NCBI RefSeq assembly: GCF_006345805.1
Contig: NC_043010.1
Span: forward strand, 63,984,001-64,048,000
Reading direction: 5' to 3'
Origin: Octopus sinensis
Lineage: Eukaryota
DNA length: 64,000 nucleotides
Position numbers and translations under genes: made by a program. Shown here one piece after another: positions 14,098-29,607 of the stretch (position 1 is the first letter of the stretch; each line of letters begins with the position of its first letter). The notes under the pieces are model-generated. The model was not told the DNA's origin, did no database searches, and saw only the letters and a list, made by a program, of their open reading frames with translations.

Positions 14098-17000
14098 TAT
14101 TTACAGGTTGGGCAAAAAATCACACACAAAATAAGTTCAATACACTCGGAAATTGACAAAGACATACTTTAGTTTTTCTAAAATTGAATAAAATAATAAT
14201 AATAATAATAATGAGATAAATAAAATGTCAACTCTTTTGGTGCATGACTTTTGGCCCACCATGTGTGTGTGTGTGTGTATATTCATTTGTTTTACTATGT
14301 TAGCAAGAGTTAGAGGAGTATATATTCTTTTCTACTCTAGGAACAAGGCCTGAAATTTTGGGGGAGGAGGAGGACAATTGATTAGAGCAACCCCAGTATG
14401 CAACTGGTACTTAGTGCAGAATATAAACCATTCAGCCAAATGCTTACACACACACAGAGTTGCATATAGTGTGGTGATGCAGAATGGTTATGAGTACAGC
14501 ACAGTGAAGCATACACATGATGATATACACTCCAACACCACAAGTTATCTCATCTGTTCCTGCCACACCAACATACTGATCTCTAACACAGGTTTCAGAT
14601 CGCACAGTTTATGAGAAGGAAGGGGTATACTCGTGATTATATCAACACCAGCACTAGAATGATTCTTTCTTTTCTCAGCCTCAGAAGGACGAAAAGCTCT
14701 TCCCCACCCACAAAAAACAAGCAAAACAAATTAAAAACAATAACCTCCCTATGCAAGATTTGAACCCAGGCATTTGGCAACATGTTAATATAAGGCATTT
14801 TATCTGTCATCCTACCAACTTAATAACAATAATAATGGCAACAAGAGAACTCAGAGAGTGCAAACCTCCACCAAGGCAACACCAACGTTCTCTCAATGAT
14901 GAACTGGAGATGATTTTTAAAATGAGAATATCTGAAATAAACTTGACTGCTCTCACAAATGAGAATGAACCCAACCGGTCTCAAAAATTAAGTAAAAAAA
15001 AAACTGGAAAAATAATCCAGAATCCTTGTCTGGTACCGGATCAATCCCAAAGTCTAATCAGTTTGTGCCAGTCACAAGGCTAAACATCCCTGAAAGCTTC
15101 ATCTGAATTCATCCACCGGTTCTTGAGATATCTTGTCCATGGACAAACAAGCAAACACGACTGAAAACAATACTTCTGCCTTCAAGGTGGAGGTAATAAT
15201 GATTTTTAATGCAGGCACAAGGAGGGAAACAGTTGATTATATGAACCTTGGTACCATTTGAACTCAGAACATAGAGCTACATCATATATCATTGAAAACT
15301 TTCCCTAACATGCTAATGCTAACTATGTAATAATAATGGTTTCTTTGTTACAAGGCCAGCAATTTCCAGGAAGGGATAAGTCAATTACATTGCCCCCAGT
15401 GTCTAACAGGTACTTATTTTATTGACCCTGAGAAGATGAAAGGCAAAGTTGACCTTGGCAGAATCTGAACTCAGAAGGTAAAGACAGACAAAATGTTGCT
15501 AAGCATTTTGCCTGGTGTGCTAACGATTGTGCCAGTTCTCTGCCCCCCCACCATGCAGTCATATTAATAGCTACAGTTTCATAAAGCCACATACTATTTC
15601 TTTTATAGTCCACTTAATCAAACGGCAGTGCTTCACTGGCACATATTTTATTGATCCCAGGAAGTGTGAAGTGAACCACAATAAGATTTGAACTCAGAAA
15701 ATAGAGACACAACTAAATATTAGAAGGTACAGACATTCCTTTCAAGTGTTGGGCCTCACGGAGGCAATGGCCGAGACCTTTGGTATTATGTCAAGCTTGA
15801 GAAGAAGACTCATTAAGCTGAGTGAAATTGCAGTCATGATAGACACTGGTATCATGCAAATGGCACCTGTGCCAGTGGCACATAAAAGCACCCATTACAC
15901 TCTCTGGTTGGTGTTAGGAAGGGCATCCAGCCATAGAAATCCATGCGAAATCAGATTGGTCCTGGCACAGCCTTGGTTAAACCATCCAACCCATGCCAGC
16001 ATGGACAATGGACATTAAGTGGTGATGATGATGATGATACCTCCATATTACAAAAGTGTTATGTTCCTGAAATAATGAGAAATTTTTTACAACACAAACC
16101 CTATTTTCTTATTGACTTCTAAGTTATGTAACATGGAAGACAATGGAATAAAAAGCTTTGTGTCATGCGTAATGCGGGGGATGTCTGTATTTTGTCTAAC
16201 ATTCTATCACTCAGACATGGCAATTGTTTGAAAGTCATTGGTACTGTGCTTACTGTGTCAAATATAATAACTTTAGCTTGCATGTGTGTGTGTGTGTGTG
16301 TGTGGTGAGAAGAGAAGAGTTGAAGTTATCAGAGATGTGATGGCGGCGGTGAGGGATGAAACTTGCGTTTGTTTCTTCAGTAATTACTTCCAACTCACCA
16401 CATGACCAACAAATACACAATCCAATGAAGGTACCTGTAGGTAGCCAGTCACCTGACTCGGTAGAAACAGCAGCAGAAGGCAGCGAGCTGGCAGAAATGT
16501 TGGCACGCCGGACGAAATGCTTAGCGGTATTTCGGCTGCTGCTACGTTCTGGGTTCAAATTCTGCCAAGGTCGACTTTCGGCGTCGATAAATTAAGTACC
16601 AGATATGCACTGAGGCGCATATACATACACACACACATACATACATAATATAATATATATATATATAAGGCGGCGAGCTGGCAGAATTGTTAGCATGCCG
16701 GGCGAAATGCTTAGCGGTATTTCATCTGAGCTACGTTCTGAGTTCAAATTCCGCCGAGGTCTACTTTGCCATCCTTTCGGGGTCGATAAATTAAGTACCA
16801 GATACGCACTGGGGTCGTTATAATTGACTTAATCCATTTGTCTGTCCTTGTTTGTCCCCTCTGTGTGTAGCCCCTTGTGGGCAGTAAAGAAATAAGAAAC
16901 AGCAGCCAATTCTTTCTCAAATCACAATGTACTGTTTTACAAAAAAGTGTACATTAAATTACATAGTCCTAGATGCACTATGACTAAGAAACAAGAAAAA

Positions 17001-18614
17001 GATAGGAGGATTATGGTTTTCATTATTTTGATTATATAGGCCTGACTGATCACAGGTGCCACTTTGACTAAAGACCCCTTGGGTTAAAAAAGTGGAAATG
17101 TTGTCAACACAATCCAATGAGGGATCCTCCATGTGGTTGCTTGACATGCTAGAAATAGCACCCACATTCCCTAAAATCACACCCTACAGTCTGAAATTAG
17201 TTAGATATTAGGTAACCGTGTCAAAGATAGATATACACTATTTATGGAATGCCTTTGCATATAGGTCTACTCTACTGGGGCTATCCTAGGCCCCAAACCC
17301 CTCCAAAAAAAAAACAACAAAACAAAATAACAAAAAAAAAACCCCAAAAAGCAATACAACCAACAACAACAAAAAATAGCAACTAAATTGCCCTCTGAAT
17401 CATGCTGTATTTTCAAGAACTAGTCAAGTACTGGCTTTGACTGATATTTGTAGAGTACATCTTAGATGTGGAGGAATTCTAGAATGAAAGCCATTCCATA
17501 ATACATTTAGATGGATTCCTCTTGGAATATTCTTTATCTTTCCTTCTTTCCCTTTTTCCTCTTATTCTCATCAATGTGAGTGTTCCGGGCTGATGGTCAA
17601 CGCACCAATCCCAACCAAGTCTCATAGACAGTATGAGACTTCATGGCATCATTGAGCAAAGAGAGGAATTTGGAGAATGTTATGTGACACAGAGACATAG
17701 TGCTATGTGATACAGGGGCTGGGCAGTCACAAAATACAGTCGTCATCACTGTCATCATTTCTGTTATGTTGATGATGATGATGATGATAATGTTAAACAT
17801 GGGGGGGGGGTCATTAATGCGTCTGGTGATGATGGTGATGGTGGTTGTGGTGATGGTGGTGGTATTGCTGCTGATGATGATAATGTTATACATGAGGGCA
17901 GTGGCAAGTGTGATGGTGATGATGGTGGTATTGGTGATGATGATGATGGTGGAGGTGGTGAATGATGTCCATGGACACTGAACCCTTCCCACCAAATATT
18001 CCACATATTTCACTTGAGATGGTGACAACAACAACAACAACATTTCAAATAAAAGGAAAAGCAAAAGGAACAAAACTAAAAAAAAAACAAAAAAAAAACC
18101 CTGAAGTATTTATTTTTGTTTTAGTTTCCATGGCAACAGCTCTCCATGTGGAGGTGGTTGCGGGGGTGGTGGTGGTGGTGTTAACAGGAGGAGTGGGGAG
18201 GAATATAAACTAGCTAAAGATTAAGTTTGAATGTTGGTTCCACTGAACATGTGACCCACTCCCACCTCACCCAGTCATGCTAACACTTAACATAGAGATG
18301 GTTGCTGTTGGTGTTTAGCCACAGGTCAGCCGTGATTGATTAGGCCTATGATGGATGGTATTTTATCTGTGACCATATATATACATATATACTTTACTCG
18401 TTTACTTGTTTCAGTCATTTGACTGCGGCCATGCTGGAGCACCGCCTTTAATCGAGCAAATCGACCCCGGGACTTATTCTTTGTAAGCCCAGTACTTATT
18501 CTATCGGTCTCTTTTGCCGAACCGCTAAGTGACGGGGACGTAAACACACCAGCATCGGTTGTTAAGCAATGCTAGAGGGACAAACACAGACACACAAACA
18601 TATACACACACATG

Positions 18615-18648
<34 letters not shown>

Positions 18649-19003
18649 TACGACAGGCTTCTTTCAGTTTCCATCTACCAAATCCACTCACAAATCATTG
18701 GTCGGCCCGAGGCTATAGCAGAAGACACTTGCCCAAGGTGCCACGCAGTGGGACTGAACCCGGAAGCATGTGGTTGGTTAGCCAGCTACTTACCACACAG
18801 CCACTCCTGCGCCTATATATATATATATATGATGATGATGATGTTTTTTGTATCCTTCGTTCTTGAACAGAATTTTACTGACCCCAAAAGAATGAAAAGC
18901 AAAGTGGATCTTGGTAGAATTTGAACTCAGAACACACAGACGAATTAAATGCTGCAAAGCATTTTGCCCGCCATGCTAACAATTCTGCCAGCTTGCCACC
19001 TTG

Positions 19004-19059
<56 letters not shown>

Positions 19060-22000
19060 GGCTTCTGAGTTGGGCACAATACCAGCGATTTTGAAGGGAG
19101 TTGAAACCATCAAGCCCAATAGATAACTGGTACTTATTTTACTGACCCTGGGATTTGAACTCAGAATGTAAAGAGTTAGAACCAACACTGCAAAGCATAT
19201 TCTTCTTTCCACTGCTCTAGCAATTCTGCCAATCAACTGCTCTGACAAATGGTGATGATGATAACTAGCAACTATAGTAAAGCAGGAGTGATGATTGTAA
19301 TGGGTGTTGCAAAGGTCCCAGAGTACAATATCTGTTAAGGAGAATTTCAAACAATTACAAGAGGCCATCAAGCAAACCATCCAGCAATAAACAACCATTG
19401 TGTTTCCTAAGCAAACTTGTGTAAAGGGTGAGGGAAGAATAGAAGAAGTGATTAGAAATATCGTACATTAAACTCTTGAAACTCTTCTTCCCCCACAGCC
19501 ATCCCCATATCCTCTTCCTCCTCCTCCTTCTCTGCCATCATCATCATCATCATACCTCCACCCATCACTTATATACATTAAAGTTATTTTCTGCTCTCTT
19601 GCAGACTTGTTCTAGTGTAGGGGTTTCATATTGTAAGAGCACCAAACGTATGTGTGTCTGTGTATATAAATCTGTATGTATTTTTGTGTATGTGTGAGCA
19701 CACATATCAGTAGAGTGTGCATGAAATTAGTGACACTGGTATCATTTTACACACAAACATATCCACTCAATGAGCAATTTGATATCACACACATAAAAAT
19801 AAACTTGTGTAATTAAAAGCTGTGTACATAACCACACACACACACACACAAATGTATGTAGACAGATACAACAATATCAGGTATCAATATTTTATAGTCC
19901 TTTCTTCAAATGACCCTTTGTGAATTAAAGTCATTTCCCTTGATCCTTTGTTTGAAAAAAGTGGGGGGAGACTTTTGTGTTGAAAACATCAGAGAGTTAT
20001 GTAAACTCTCAATGTCTCCCTGCATAACACTCCCAATGTTCTTCAGTACTTTTTTATTTCTTTATGTTTAACTTATAAGTTCATTTCACAGATGTCTTGC
20101 ATTTAACTTCCATCTGACAAACATAGTGTTCTTCATAATCTAACCTATCCATGAGAAGCTGACTGCCTTAGTGCATTCTTTCGGGGCCTGAAAGCTAATG
20201 TGTCATTCAAGGGCCTAACAGGGTGATGTATCCTTCAGGGGATTGATAGCTTAGTGGATGCTTCAGAAGCCTGACTGCCTGGTACATTTTTCAGTTAATC
20301 AACAGACTGCTGTGTCCTCCAGTTAATCAACAGACTGCTGTGTCCTCCAGTTAATCAACAGACTGCTGTGTCCTCCAGTTAATCAACAGACTGCTGTGTC
20401 CTCCAGTTAATCAACAGACTGCTGTGTCCTCCAGTTAATCAATAGACTGCTGTGTCCTCCAGTTAATCAATAGACTGCTGTGTCCTCCAGTTAATCAATA
20501 GACTGCTGTGTCCTCCAGTTAATCAACAGACTGCTGTGTTCTCCAGTTAATCAACAGACTGCTGTGTCCTCCAGTTAATCAACAGACTGCTGTGTCCTCC
20601 AGTTAATCAACAGACTGCTGTGTCCTCCAGTTAATCAACAGACTGCTGTGTCCTCCAGTTAATCAACAGACTGCTGTGTCCTCCAGTTAATCAACAGACT
20701 GCTGTGTCCTCCAGTTAATCAACAGACTGCTGTGTCCTCCAGTTAATCAACAGACTGCTGTGTCCTCCAGTTAATCAACAGACTGCTGTGTCCTCCAGTT
20801 AATCAACAGACTGCTGTGTCCTCCAGTTAATCAATAGACTGCTGTGTCCTCCAGTTAATCAATAGACTGCTGTGTCCTCCAGTTAATCAACAGACTGCTG
20901 TGTTCTCCAGTTAATCAACAGACTGCTGTGTCCTCCAGTTAATCAACAGACTGCTGTGTCTCCAGTTAATCAACAGACTGCTGTGTCCTCCAGTTAATCA
21001 ACAGACTGCTGTGTCCTCCAGTTAATCAACAGACTGCTGTGTCCTCCAGTTAATCAACAGACTGCTGTGTCCTCCAGTTAATCAACAGACTGCTGTGTCC
21101 TCCAGTTAATCAATAGACTGCTGTGTCCTCCAGTTAATCAACAGACTGCTGTGTCCTCCAGTTAATCAACAGACTGCTGTGTCCTCCAGTTAATCAACAG
21201 ACTGCTGTGTCCTCCAGTTAATCAATAGACTGCTGTGTCCTCCAGTTAATCAACAGACTGCTGTGTCCTCCAGTTAATCAACAGACTGCTGTGTCCTCCA
21301 GTTAATCACAGACTGCTGTGTCCTCCAGTTAATCAACAGACTGCTGTGTCCTCCAGTTAATCAACAGACTGCTGTGTCCTCCAGTTAATCAACAGACTGC
21401 TGTGTCCTCCAGTTAATCAACAACTGCTGTGTCCTCCAGTTAATCAACAGACTGCTGTGTCCTCCAGTTAATCAACAGACTGCTGTGTCCTCCAGTTAAT
21501 CAACAGACTGCTGTGTCCTCCAGTTAATCAACAGACTGCTGTGTCCTCCAGTTAATCAACAGACTGCTGTGTCCTCCAGTTAATCAACAGACTGCTGTGT
21601 CCTTCAAAGAGTGTCTGTAATTAGACAAGAAAACCAGATTTCTCTAGATTTTCTGCAGTAAATATTTAAAATTGTGGTGATTTAAGGCCTACAGTAAGTG
21701 ACAACAGCCTCAAATTGTGACATAGTGGTGTTATACAGACATAGTTAAAAAATCCTGCAGATGCTACAACAAGATTAGCAGACACTTTAAGCTAGTGTGC
21801 TCATGAATGTTTGTGTAAGTGTGGATGGAACCTACACTCGCCTCCTTATGGGAGGTCAAAATCTCTTGTGGAAGCGTCATCTAACCAAAATGCAAAGATA
21901 TGGGAAACTACCACCTGTGTCATCTCTTGTGAAAGGTAGGAGAGTCCAGTTTGCTGGACATTGTTGTAGAGCTGAAAAAGAGGTAATTTCTACTCTCCTC

Positions 22001-25000
22001 CTCTGGAAGCCATCTACTCGCAATGCCAGAGGGCGTACACTCTCCTACCCTGATGTAATCTCCAGGGATACAGGCATCCAGCAACAGGACCTCCGTAATG
22101 CCATGATGGACCGTGAAGTCTGGCGTAGCATGGTAAATTCCATTGTCTCGACTACGGTCGAACAATGATGATGATGATGTTAGAATTTTTTATATGTCTG
22201 CATGCAACACGGTGCACCATAATGCATATAAGTGAACACAGCTGCATGCAGCAGCAACCTCTGTCATTAGTATCAATCAAACCATCTGCAGTATTTAAGA
22301 GTTAATCAATCATTAATTTTGAGAAATGTGTCACCATTGCCAATATTTCAGTTTGTATTGGAGGTGGTGGTCGTGCTGTGGCTGCAGAGGTGCAGAGTCT
22401 CAGTCAGGCGATAGAGCAGACCTATTGTGCTAAGCTGAGGTGATGGGAGTAATATCCATTATTTCTTGTTATAAATGCAACAGTCATGGGAATGTAACGC
22501 ATTGCTGGGCATTGCAGACACACAGACAGACACGGAAAAGGTCAATACAGTTTTATATCATGGACAGGTTGGCGGGCGGGCGGTGGGGGGGTGGGGGGTC
22601 ATGCTGGTAATGCTATTTTAGTTTCAGCTTTTGTTCCATTACAGTTTTGTTTGAAATAACGTAACAAGAGAAGAAATGTGAAATATAGGAAACAAGTGAA
22701 AACCTAAAATAGCCAAAACTATATTTAGTTACAAAAGAGACTGCAATGAAATAACTCATGCTTTCCTGTGTACAATGTCTTTTATGTGTGTGTGTGTGTG
22801 TGTGTGTGTGTATACATATGTATACATACATCCCCACATTTGTACATACAGACATATGCCTGTATATATTCTATTCTTTCACCGGTTTCAGTCATTGGAC
22901 TGCAGCCAAGCTGGATGTTTAGTTGATCATATAGATCCACGTACCGATTTTAGTTTGGTGTTTACTTTTATTGATCTCTATCTATTGAACCATTAAACTA
23001 TGGGATAAAAACGATCATAATATAAACAATACAGTTTTTTTTTTTAAAAACCAGTGTAAATGTAAATACACATCTTTTATCAACTGATTTCTATATGAGG
23101 GCGCGTGGCTTAGTGGTTAGGGCATTCGGCTCATGATCGTAAGGTTGTGAGTTTGATTCCCGGCGACGCGTTGTGTCCTTGAGCAAGACACTTTATTTCA
23201 CGTTGCTCCAGTTCACTCAGCTGGCAAAAATGAGTTGTACTTGTATTTCAAAGGGTCAGCCTTGTCACTCTCTGTGTCACGCTGATTATCCCCGAGAACT
23301 ACGTTAAGGGTACACATGTCTGTGGAATGCTCAGCCATTTGCACGTTAATTTCATGAGCAAGCTGTTCCGTTGAACGTATCAGCTGGGACCCTCGTTGTC
23401 GTAACCGGCGGAGTCTTTTTTTATCAACTGATTTCTACTTACAAGTTGCTGGTTATACTGAGGTTACACAAGATACAAAGGAAAGATTCTGTGCAATGAA
23501 ATTGATACCAAAACCAGGGGGGTTGCAGTACAATTCTATTCTGAGCCATGCCTGTCTTTTTTCTTTCTCAGTGTGTGTGTGTGAATATATATATTCATGC
23601 ATGTATATATGTATATATACATATATATGCATGTATATATACATATATATATATATGTATGTATGCATATATTCATGTATGTATGCATATATATATATAT
23701 ATATACATATATAAAGACTTCTAACAAATGCAAAGATTTTCACGACAACCATGAAATAACGGTTAAAAAATGTGGACACCCAAGCTATGGAACATGTTCC
23801 AACCTACTGGAAGTCTTGGAAGTCTTATTTAAACATGGGGAGAGGTTCACAATTAAAACCAACTTCACTTCTGCTTCCAAGAATCTATTTTATGTTATAA
23901 CCTGTTCAGGTTGTGGACGTAACTATATAGGACAGACAAGTGTGACATTGAGGTGGAGAACCATACTACATAAGGAACAGATCCAGTTCCCTCAATACAG
24001 ATAGATTCCTTTGAGTGAACACATAGAGAGATGCGCAGGTAATATCCAACCAAACTTCAATTTCCCCCATGTATAAGTGCAAAGAAACAATTTCTGTACA
24101 AGAACATTTAAATAAAGAAAACTTGTTCATTGAAAAATACACAACACATTTAAATAGGATCGCATAACCAGCTTTGATCTCAGTATATATTTTAATTCAT
24201 GATCACATACCCATCACTATACATATTTCATCTCACTACTTTAGCTTTTGAGTTTTCGTATATATATTTATCATCTTCGCGAAAGATGAGCAATTACCTC
24301 CCCTGACTCCAATACTAACGATCAGCAATTACCTACCTTAGATTTTACTACCTGTTGAATCATTCATTCACAAACTTCTCCACATGTAAAATGGACAGAC
24401 ATCTTTTTAAGAAAATACGAAATTACAATAATTTCAATGTTATGATTAATGAAAGCGAAACCGGTTGAGGAACACAATACTCTTTCACTTATAAAATATA
24501 TTACAACTTTTAAACTGTGCATTTTCCTTTTATTTCATATATATATATATTATATATATATATATATATATACATATATAAAGACTTCTAACAAATGCAA
24601 AGATTTTCACGACAACCATGAAATAACGGTTAAAAAATGTGGACACCCAAGCTATGGAACATGTTCCAACCTACTGGAAGTCTTGGAAGTCTTATTTAAA
24701 CATGGGGAGAGGTTCACAATTAAAACCAACTTCACTTCTGCTTCCAAGAATCTATTTTATGTTATAACCTGTTCAGGTTGTGGACGTAACTATATAGGAC
24801 AGACAAGTGTGACATTGAGGTGGAGAACCATACTACATAAGGAACAGATCCAGTTCCCTCAATACAGATAGATTCCTTTGAGTGAACACATAGAGAGATG
24901 CGCAGGTAATATCCAACCAAACTTCAATTTCCCCCATGTATAAGTGCAAAGAAACAATTTCTGTACAAGAACATTTAAATAAAGAAAACTTGTTCATTGA

Positions 25001-25398
25001 AAAATACACAACACATTTAAATAGGATCGCATAACCAGCTTTGATCTCAGTATATATTTTAATTCATGATCACATACCCATCACTATACATATTTCATCT
25101 CACTACTTTAGCTTTTGAGTTTTCGTATATATATTTATCATCTTCGCGAAAGATGAGCAATTACCTCCCCTGACTCCAATACTAACGATCAGCAATTACC
25201 TACCCTTAGATTTTACTACCTGTTGAATCATTCATTCACAAACTTCTCCACATGTAAAATGGACAGACATCTTTTTAAGAAAATACGAAATTACAATAAT
25301 TTCAATGTTATGATTAATGAAAGCGAAACCGGTTGAGGAACACAATACTCTTTCACTTATAAAATATATTACAACTTTTAAACTGTGCATTTTCCTTT

Positions 25399-25437
<39 letters not shown>

Positions 25438-28400
25438 CACGCGCATGTACCATCCCGCAATGATATAAATATATACATACATATATGCATGCGTATATAC
25501 ATATATATATATATACATACACACACACACACACACACACTCTGATCACAAATAAATTGTACTGTATCTCCTGTCTTTCTCATATTCATTTAATACAATA
25601 GTACATAAGTTTACAAGCGTTTGTAATCACGAATAAATTGTGCTTTATATATATCTATATATATACACATACACACACACACTCACATATATTTATGCAT
25701 GTATGTGTCTGTATACATATATATATATATATGCATGTACATATATGTATACATACATATATACATACACACATGTACGTATATATTTACATACACGCAT
25801 AGATATATATCATCATACATATATTTACACACACACTATACTTGAACATGTTGATTACTTACTCAAATTTCACTACGAGTCTTAACAGAATCATATTGCA
25901 AAAAGTCAAACTTGGTAAGTTGAATCTTTCAGTTCTGACACCCTCACTCTCCCTAACACTAACACACATACACACACAGAGGAAGAGAAAGGTTGTGCTC
26001 ATTGCTTTAGTCAGAAAAGTCATTCTAAGATCACTGAGCTGTAATGTCGTGATAGAATCCTAGAAGGATCATACTCCAAATTAAATGTTAAACCTCCACA
26101 ATCTATATTCTTTGTGTTCTAACATTGGTTCAACTATAATGAATGTGTCCATGTTAGAGAAGAAACAGGCAAAAACATCTCAATTCTAGAATCTGGAACC
26201 TAGAAGGTTCATGAGTTGACATTGTGGAGCCTCATATGAACTGTGTGGTGTTATTAATTCATGAGGGATCTTACACAGTAGATTGAGAACTTATCATTCA
26301 AATCCTTAATAAGTATAAATCATCCATTATGATTATTTAATCTCTTATTATGTCACTTGGGAGATAATATAGATCAGCTCAGAGCTCTTGAACTTCAGAC
26401 TAATCCTTATCTGAGATCGTTATGTCAATATTGTAGGCCTTCCTCAATGATGTATTTATGTGGTTTCTAATGAAGTTTGACTATCTTCTGAAGATTGTCA
26501 ACCTTTATGATGTCGCATTGCTAATACTAACACTAATGTCATACCAGTTTTTAAGGACTACCACTGTCATTCATAACTAACTTCAGTTCATAAAATGTAG
26601 CATCAGGTTTTCAGTTCAAATTCTGCAGAAATTGACTTTGCCTTTCAACCTTTTGGGACTGATAAAATAAGTACCAGTTGAGCACCGGGGTTGATGTAAT
26701 CAACTTAGCCTTTTCCTCAAAATTTGAAATCAATATTTCTTTGTATTCAACTGAGTAGAGCAATAAGCTTTTCAACGCAAGGTAGGCCTTCAAATAGAAA
26801 TTTAGTTAAGAGCAAAGCTACTTTTAGGTCTCAGTGCTGGGGTGGCATCCTCTCACAATTCAAGGGTGCTGGACTCATGTACTGGATGAACTCTCTCTCT
26901 CTCTCTCTCATGCACAGGCCCTCTTTCAACCTGTCACTATAGTTTACCTCACTGAGACTGTTGGATCCCTTCCAACTCTTTTTTACATGACAGAAAAGGC
27001 AGTACCAAAAATCCTTTTCAGAACCTCTGTGACTGGTAAGAGGAAGTAAGGAAGTTGACCTCATACCCAGACAGGGTGTTTGCAACAGAGCAAACTCTAC
27101 TGAAAGCAATTTGGTGGTGTTAAACCAGATGATGCAGTCAATCTACTTTATATGAAGAGAAGCAGCCCATCCTTTGGGCTTCCACACAGTTTCTGTTAAC
27201 AAGGCTTTGGTCAACACATGGCTACGGTTCAAGAAACTTGTCAAAAATGTTGCTAAGTGGGGTTGAGCCTGAAACCAAAGTTGGTCATGCCTGCAATTTA
27301 GTACTTAAAAGAGTACCAGAGGTGAGTGGAGGAGTTATTAGAACTTGTGTTCTTCGTCGAAAGGTGTCCTTGTTTTGACATTGTATGGTAGTTGTAAATA
27401 AACATCACCATCATACAAGCAGTGTTCTTTGTTTCCAATGTCCCATGGAAACATTGTCCGGACATTTGGAAACAGGAGAGAGTTAGTGAGAGGAGAGGCA
27501 TCCAGCTGTAGAAAAATCTGTCTCAATACACTCTGTACCTTATCCAAATATGGAAAGCTGGGAGTTAAAACAACAAGGATGATGACAAAGCTACATATTC
27601 ACATTTGGCCTATACAGGCACACACATATACATAGTCTCACACACAGATTACCAGCAACACACATACAATAAATTAGCTCTCTCTCACCTTCCACATACA
27701 CAAACCCACACAGACATGTATATATATACATCAGATATGTATATCCACACACACACACACACAAATTATCAGCCATTTTACAGTTGCTCAGTCTCTGCTT
27801 ATGTGTTCAAAGGAAGGGCAAGATAGGCATTTAAATAACTCTGCTATACTCTGTGTGTGTGTGTGTGTGTGCATGCACGTGTGTGTGTGTGTGCGTGCAC
27901 GTGTGTATGAGTGTTTGCATATGTATCATTGTAAATGTATGTGCATAAAGACATGTAGGTAAAATAGCTGTCTAGATGTTTTTATGTATAGACATAAATG
28001 TATGCTAAAGTTTTGTTGCTCTTGTTATTTCAGGCTATCTCTGATCAAGCCATTGCAACCACAACAACCCCAGCTTTATTTCTTTGGGCCTATATTAGCC
28101 TAAGTGTCCTTCCTTTTTTTTTATATATACAATAGCAAATGTTACCCCAAGTTGCTTATTTCTAGGAGGTTGAATGACAACAAAAATTTCTGCATTCTGA
28201 ATTGTCGAGTCAATTGGTTGGTTAGCAAGCTACTTACCACACAGCCACTCCTCTTAAAAAAAAAAAACACAGCAAGATGAAGAAAAATGCAGTGGTTTGA
28301 TGTCGTTAGTAGAATGAGTGAGTGACTGAGAAATACGATAATATTCGGAAAATAGAAGTAAAAAGAGAAGAGGAAGACCAAAGAAAGACAGGTTCCATGA

Positions 28401-28532
28401 TACCGAGGCATGAATTGGCAAGAGAACATTGGAATACATAAAGAATGCCCAAGACTAAAATGGGTGCAAAATATTGGTAAAATGAATTCAAGAACTGCAA
28501 TGACAGAAATGCTATGGGAATGACTAGAATGG

Positions 28533-28567
<35 letters not shown>

Positions 28568-29575
28568 AGAGAGAAGGAAAACCAGAAAAAGCAATGAGAG
28601 TAAAAATGCTTTGACATACAAAGCATCGGGTAACGTCATGACTAACAAATTGTCTTTCTATGGTGTTGACACATACATCTTTTATTTTCATTCCCTTCAC
28701 CCACCACCATTACCACCCCACGTTCGTAACTGGTACTTTATCTTATCACTTTAGAAGGATGAGAGTAGGTCATACTGACTTGGGGAGAATTTTGACTCGG
28801 GATATAAAAGGCTGCAACCTAAATACACTGGGTATTTTGTCCAACCCTAACAATTCTGCTTATTTTCTACATATCACCAAGATTACAAACTTCATAAGAA
28901 ATCCAAAAGGTTCAACACTGTTGCTGCTGTTGATCCCAGAAAATAGTTAAGTTTAGCAGGTTCAAACCATACATAAGACTTGGTGCATCCAAAACTCTCA
29001 ATCACACAGAAGCAAATAAATGAACAAAAACAAAACCACACTACCTGAAGATGGCAACATAATCTACCAGTCAGACTGCAATGTTCATTTGAAGAATAGG
29101 TAATGAACAACTCCCCTTCTCCTCACCATAGAGACACTGGCCCCATAAAGAAAAAAGGCAAGGCAAGAAGATCCTGTCCCTGTGGTACATAGATCAGCAA
29201 ACAGTGTTTTATGCTACATCCCATATGAAGAAGTTGTTTATTTCTGGGATAAGGTAATTAATGGCCGTTAGTTAATTGGTCCAGTTCATAGGGATGGTTC
29301 TCTTTCCCCCTCCCCCTCCCTCCCTCCCTCACTCACTCACTCACTGACACAGACACACACAGACAGACAAAGTGTTTACATTAAAAATAAAGTGTTGAGA
29401 AAAATATCCTTATTAAGTAGGTGTGGTCAACACACACAAACACATAATACTGATGTAGGCACAAGCGAATAGATGTAGACACATACACAAGCATACACAC
29501 AGAGAGGAGTAATCATCACTACCAACACCTCAAATTACAAACCAGTGGTTCATTTAATGATGATGTTAGAGAGAG

Positions 29576-29607
<32 letters not shown>

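Noticed and set aside
17597-18073. Thr/Ile-rich or Met/Val-rich ORFs
   Set aside because: Products of (GAT)/(GGT) low-complexity sequence with no convincing splice sites or motifs.
20292-21603. CRISPR-like array of 28-bp repeats
   Set aside because: Units are head-to-tail with no unique spacers, there are no cas genes, and the context is a eukaryotic intron.
26100-26510. Possible CR1-like LINE remnant on the minus strand
   Set aside because: Too decayed to support any translation by eye.
28892-29180. Possible extra exon ending CHLQ|gtagtg in the large intron
   Set aside because: No frame-compatible acceptor or ATG found; the nearby 10-nt AG..GT candidate would shift the frame.
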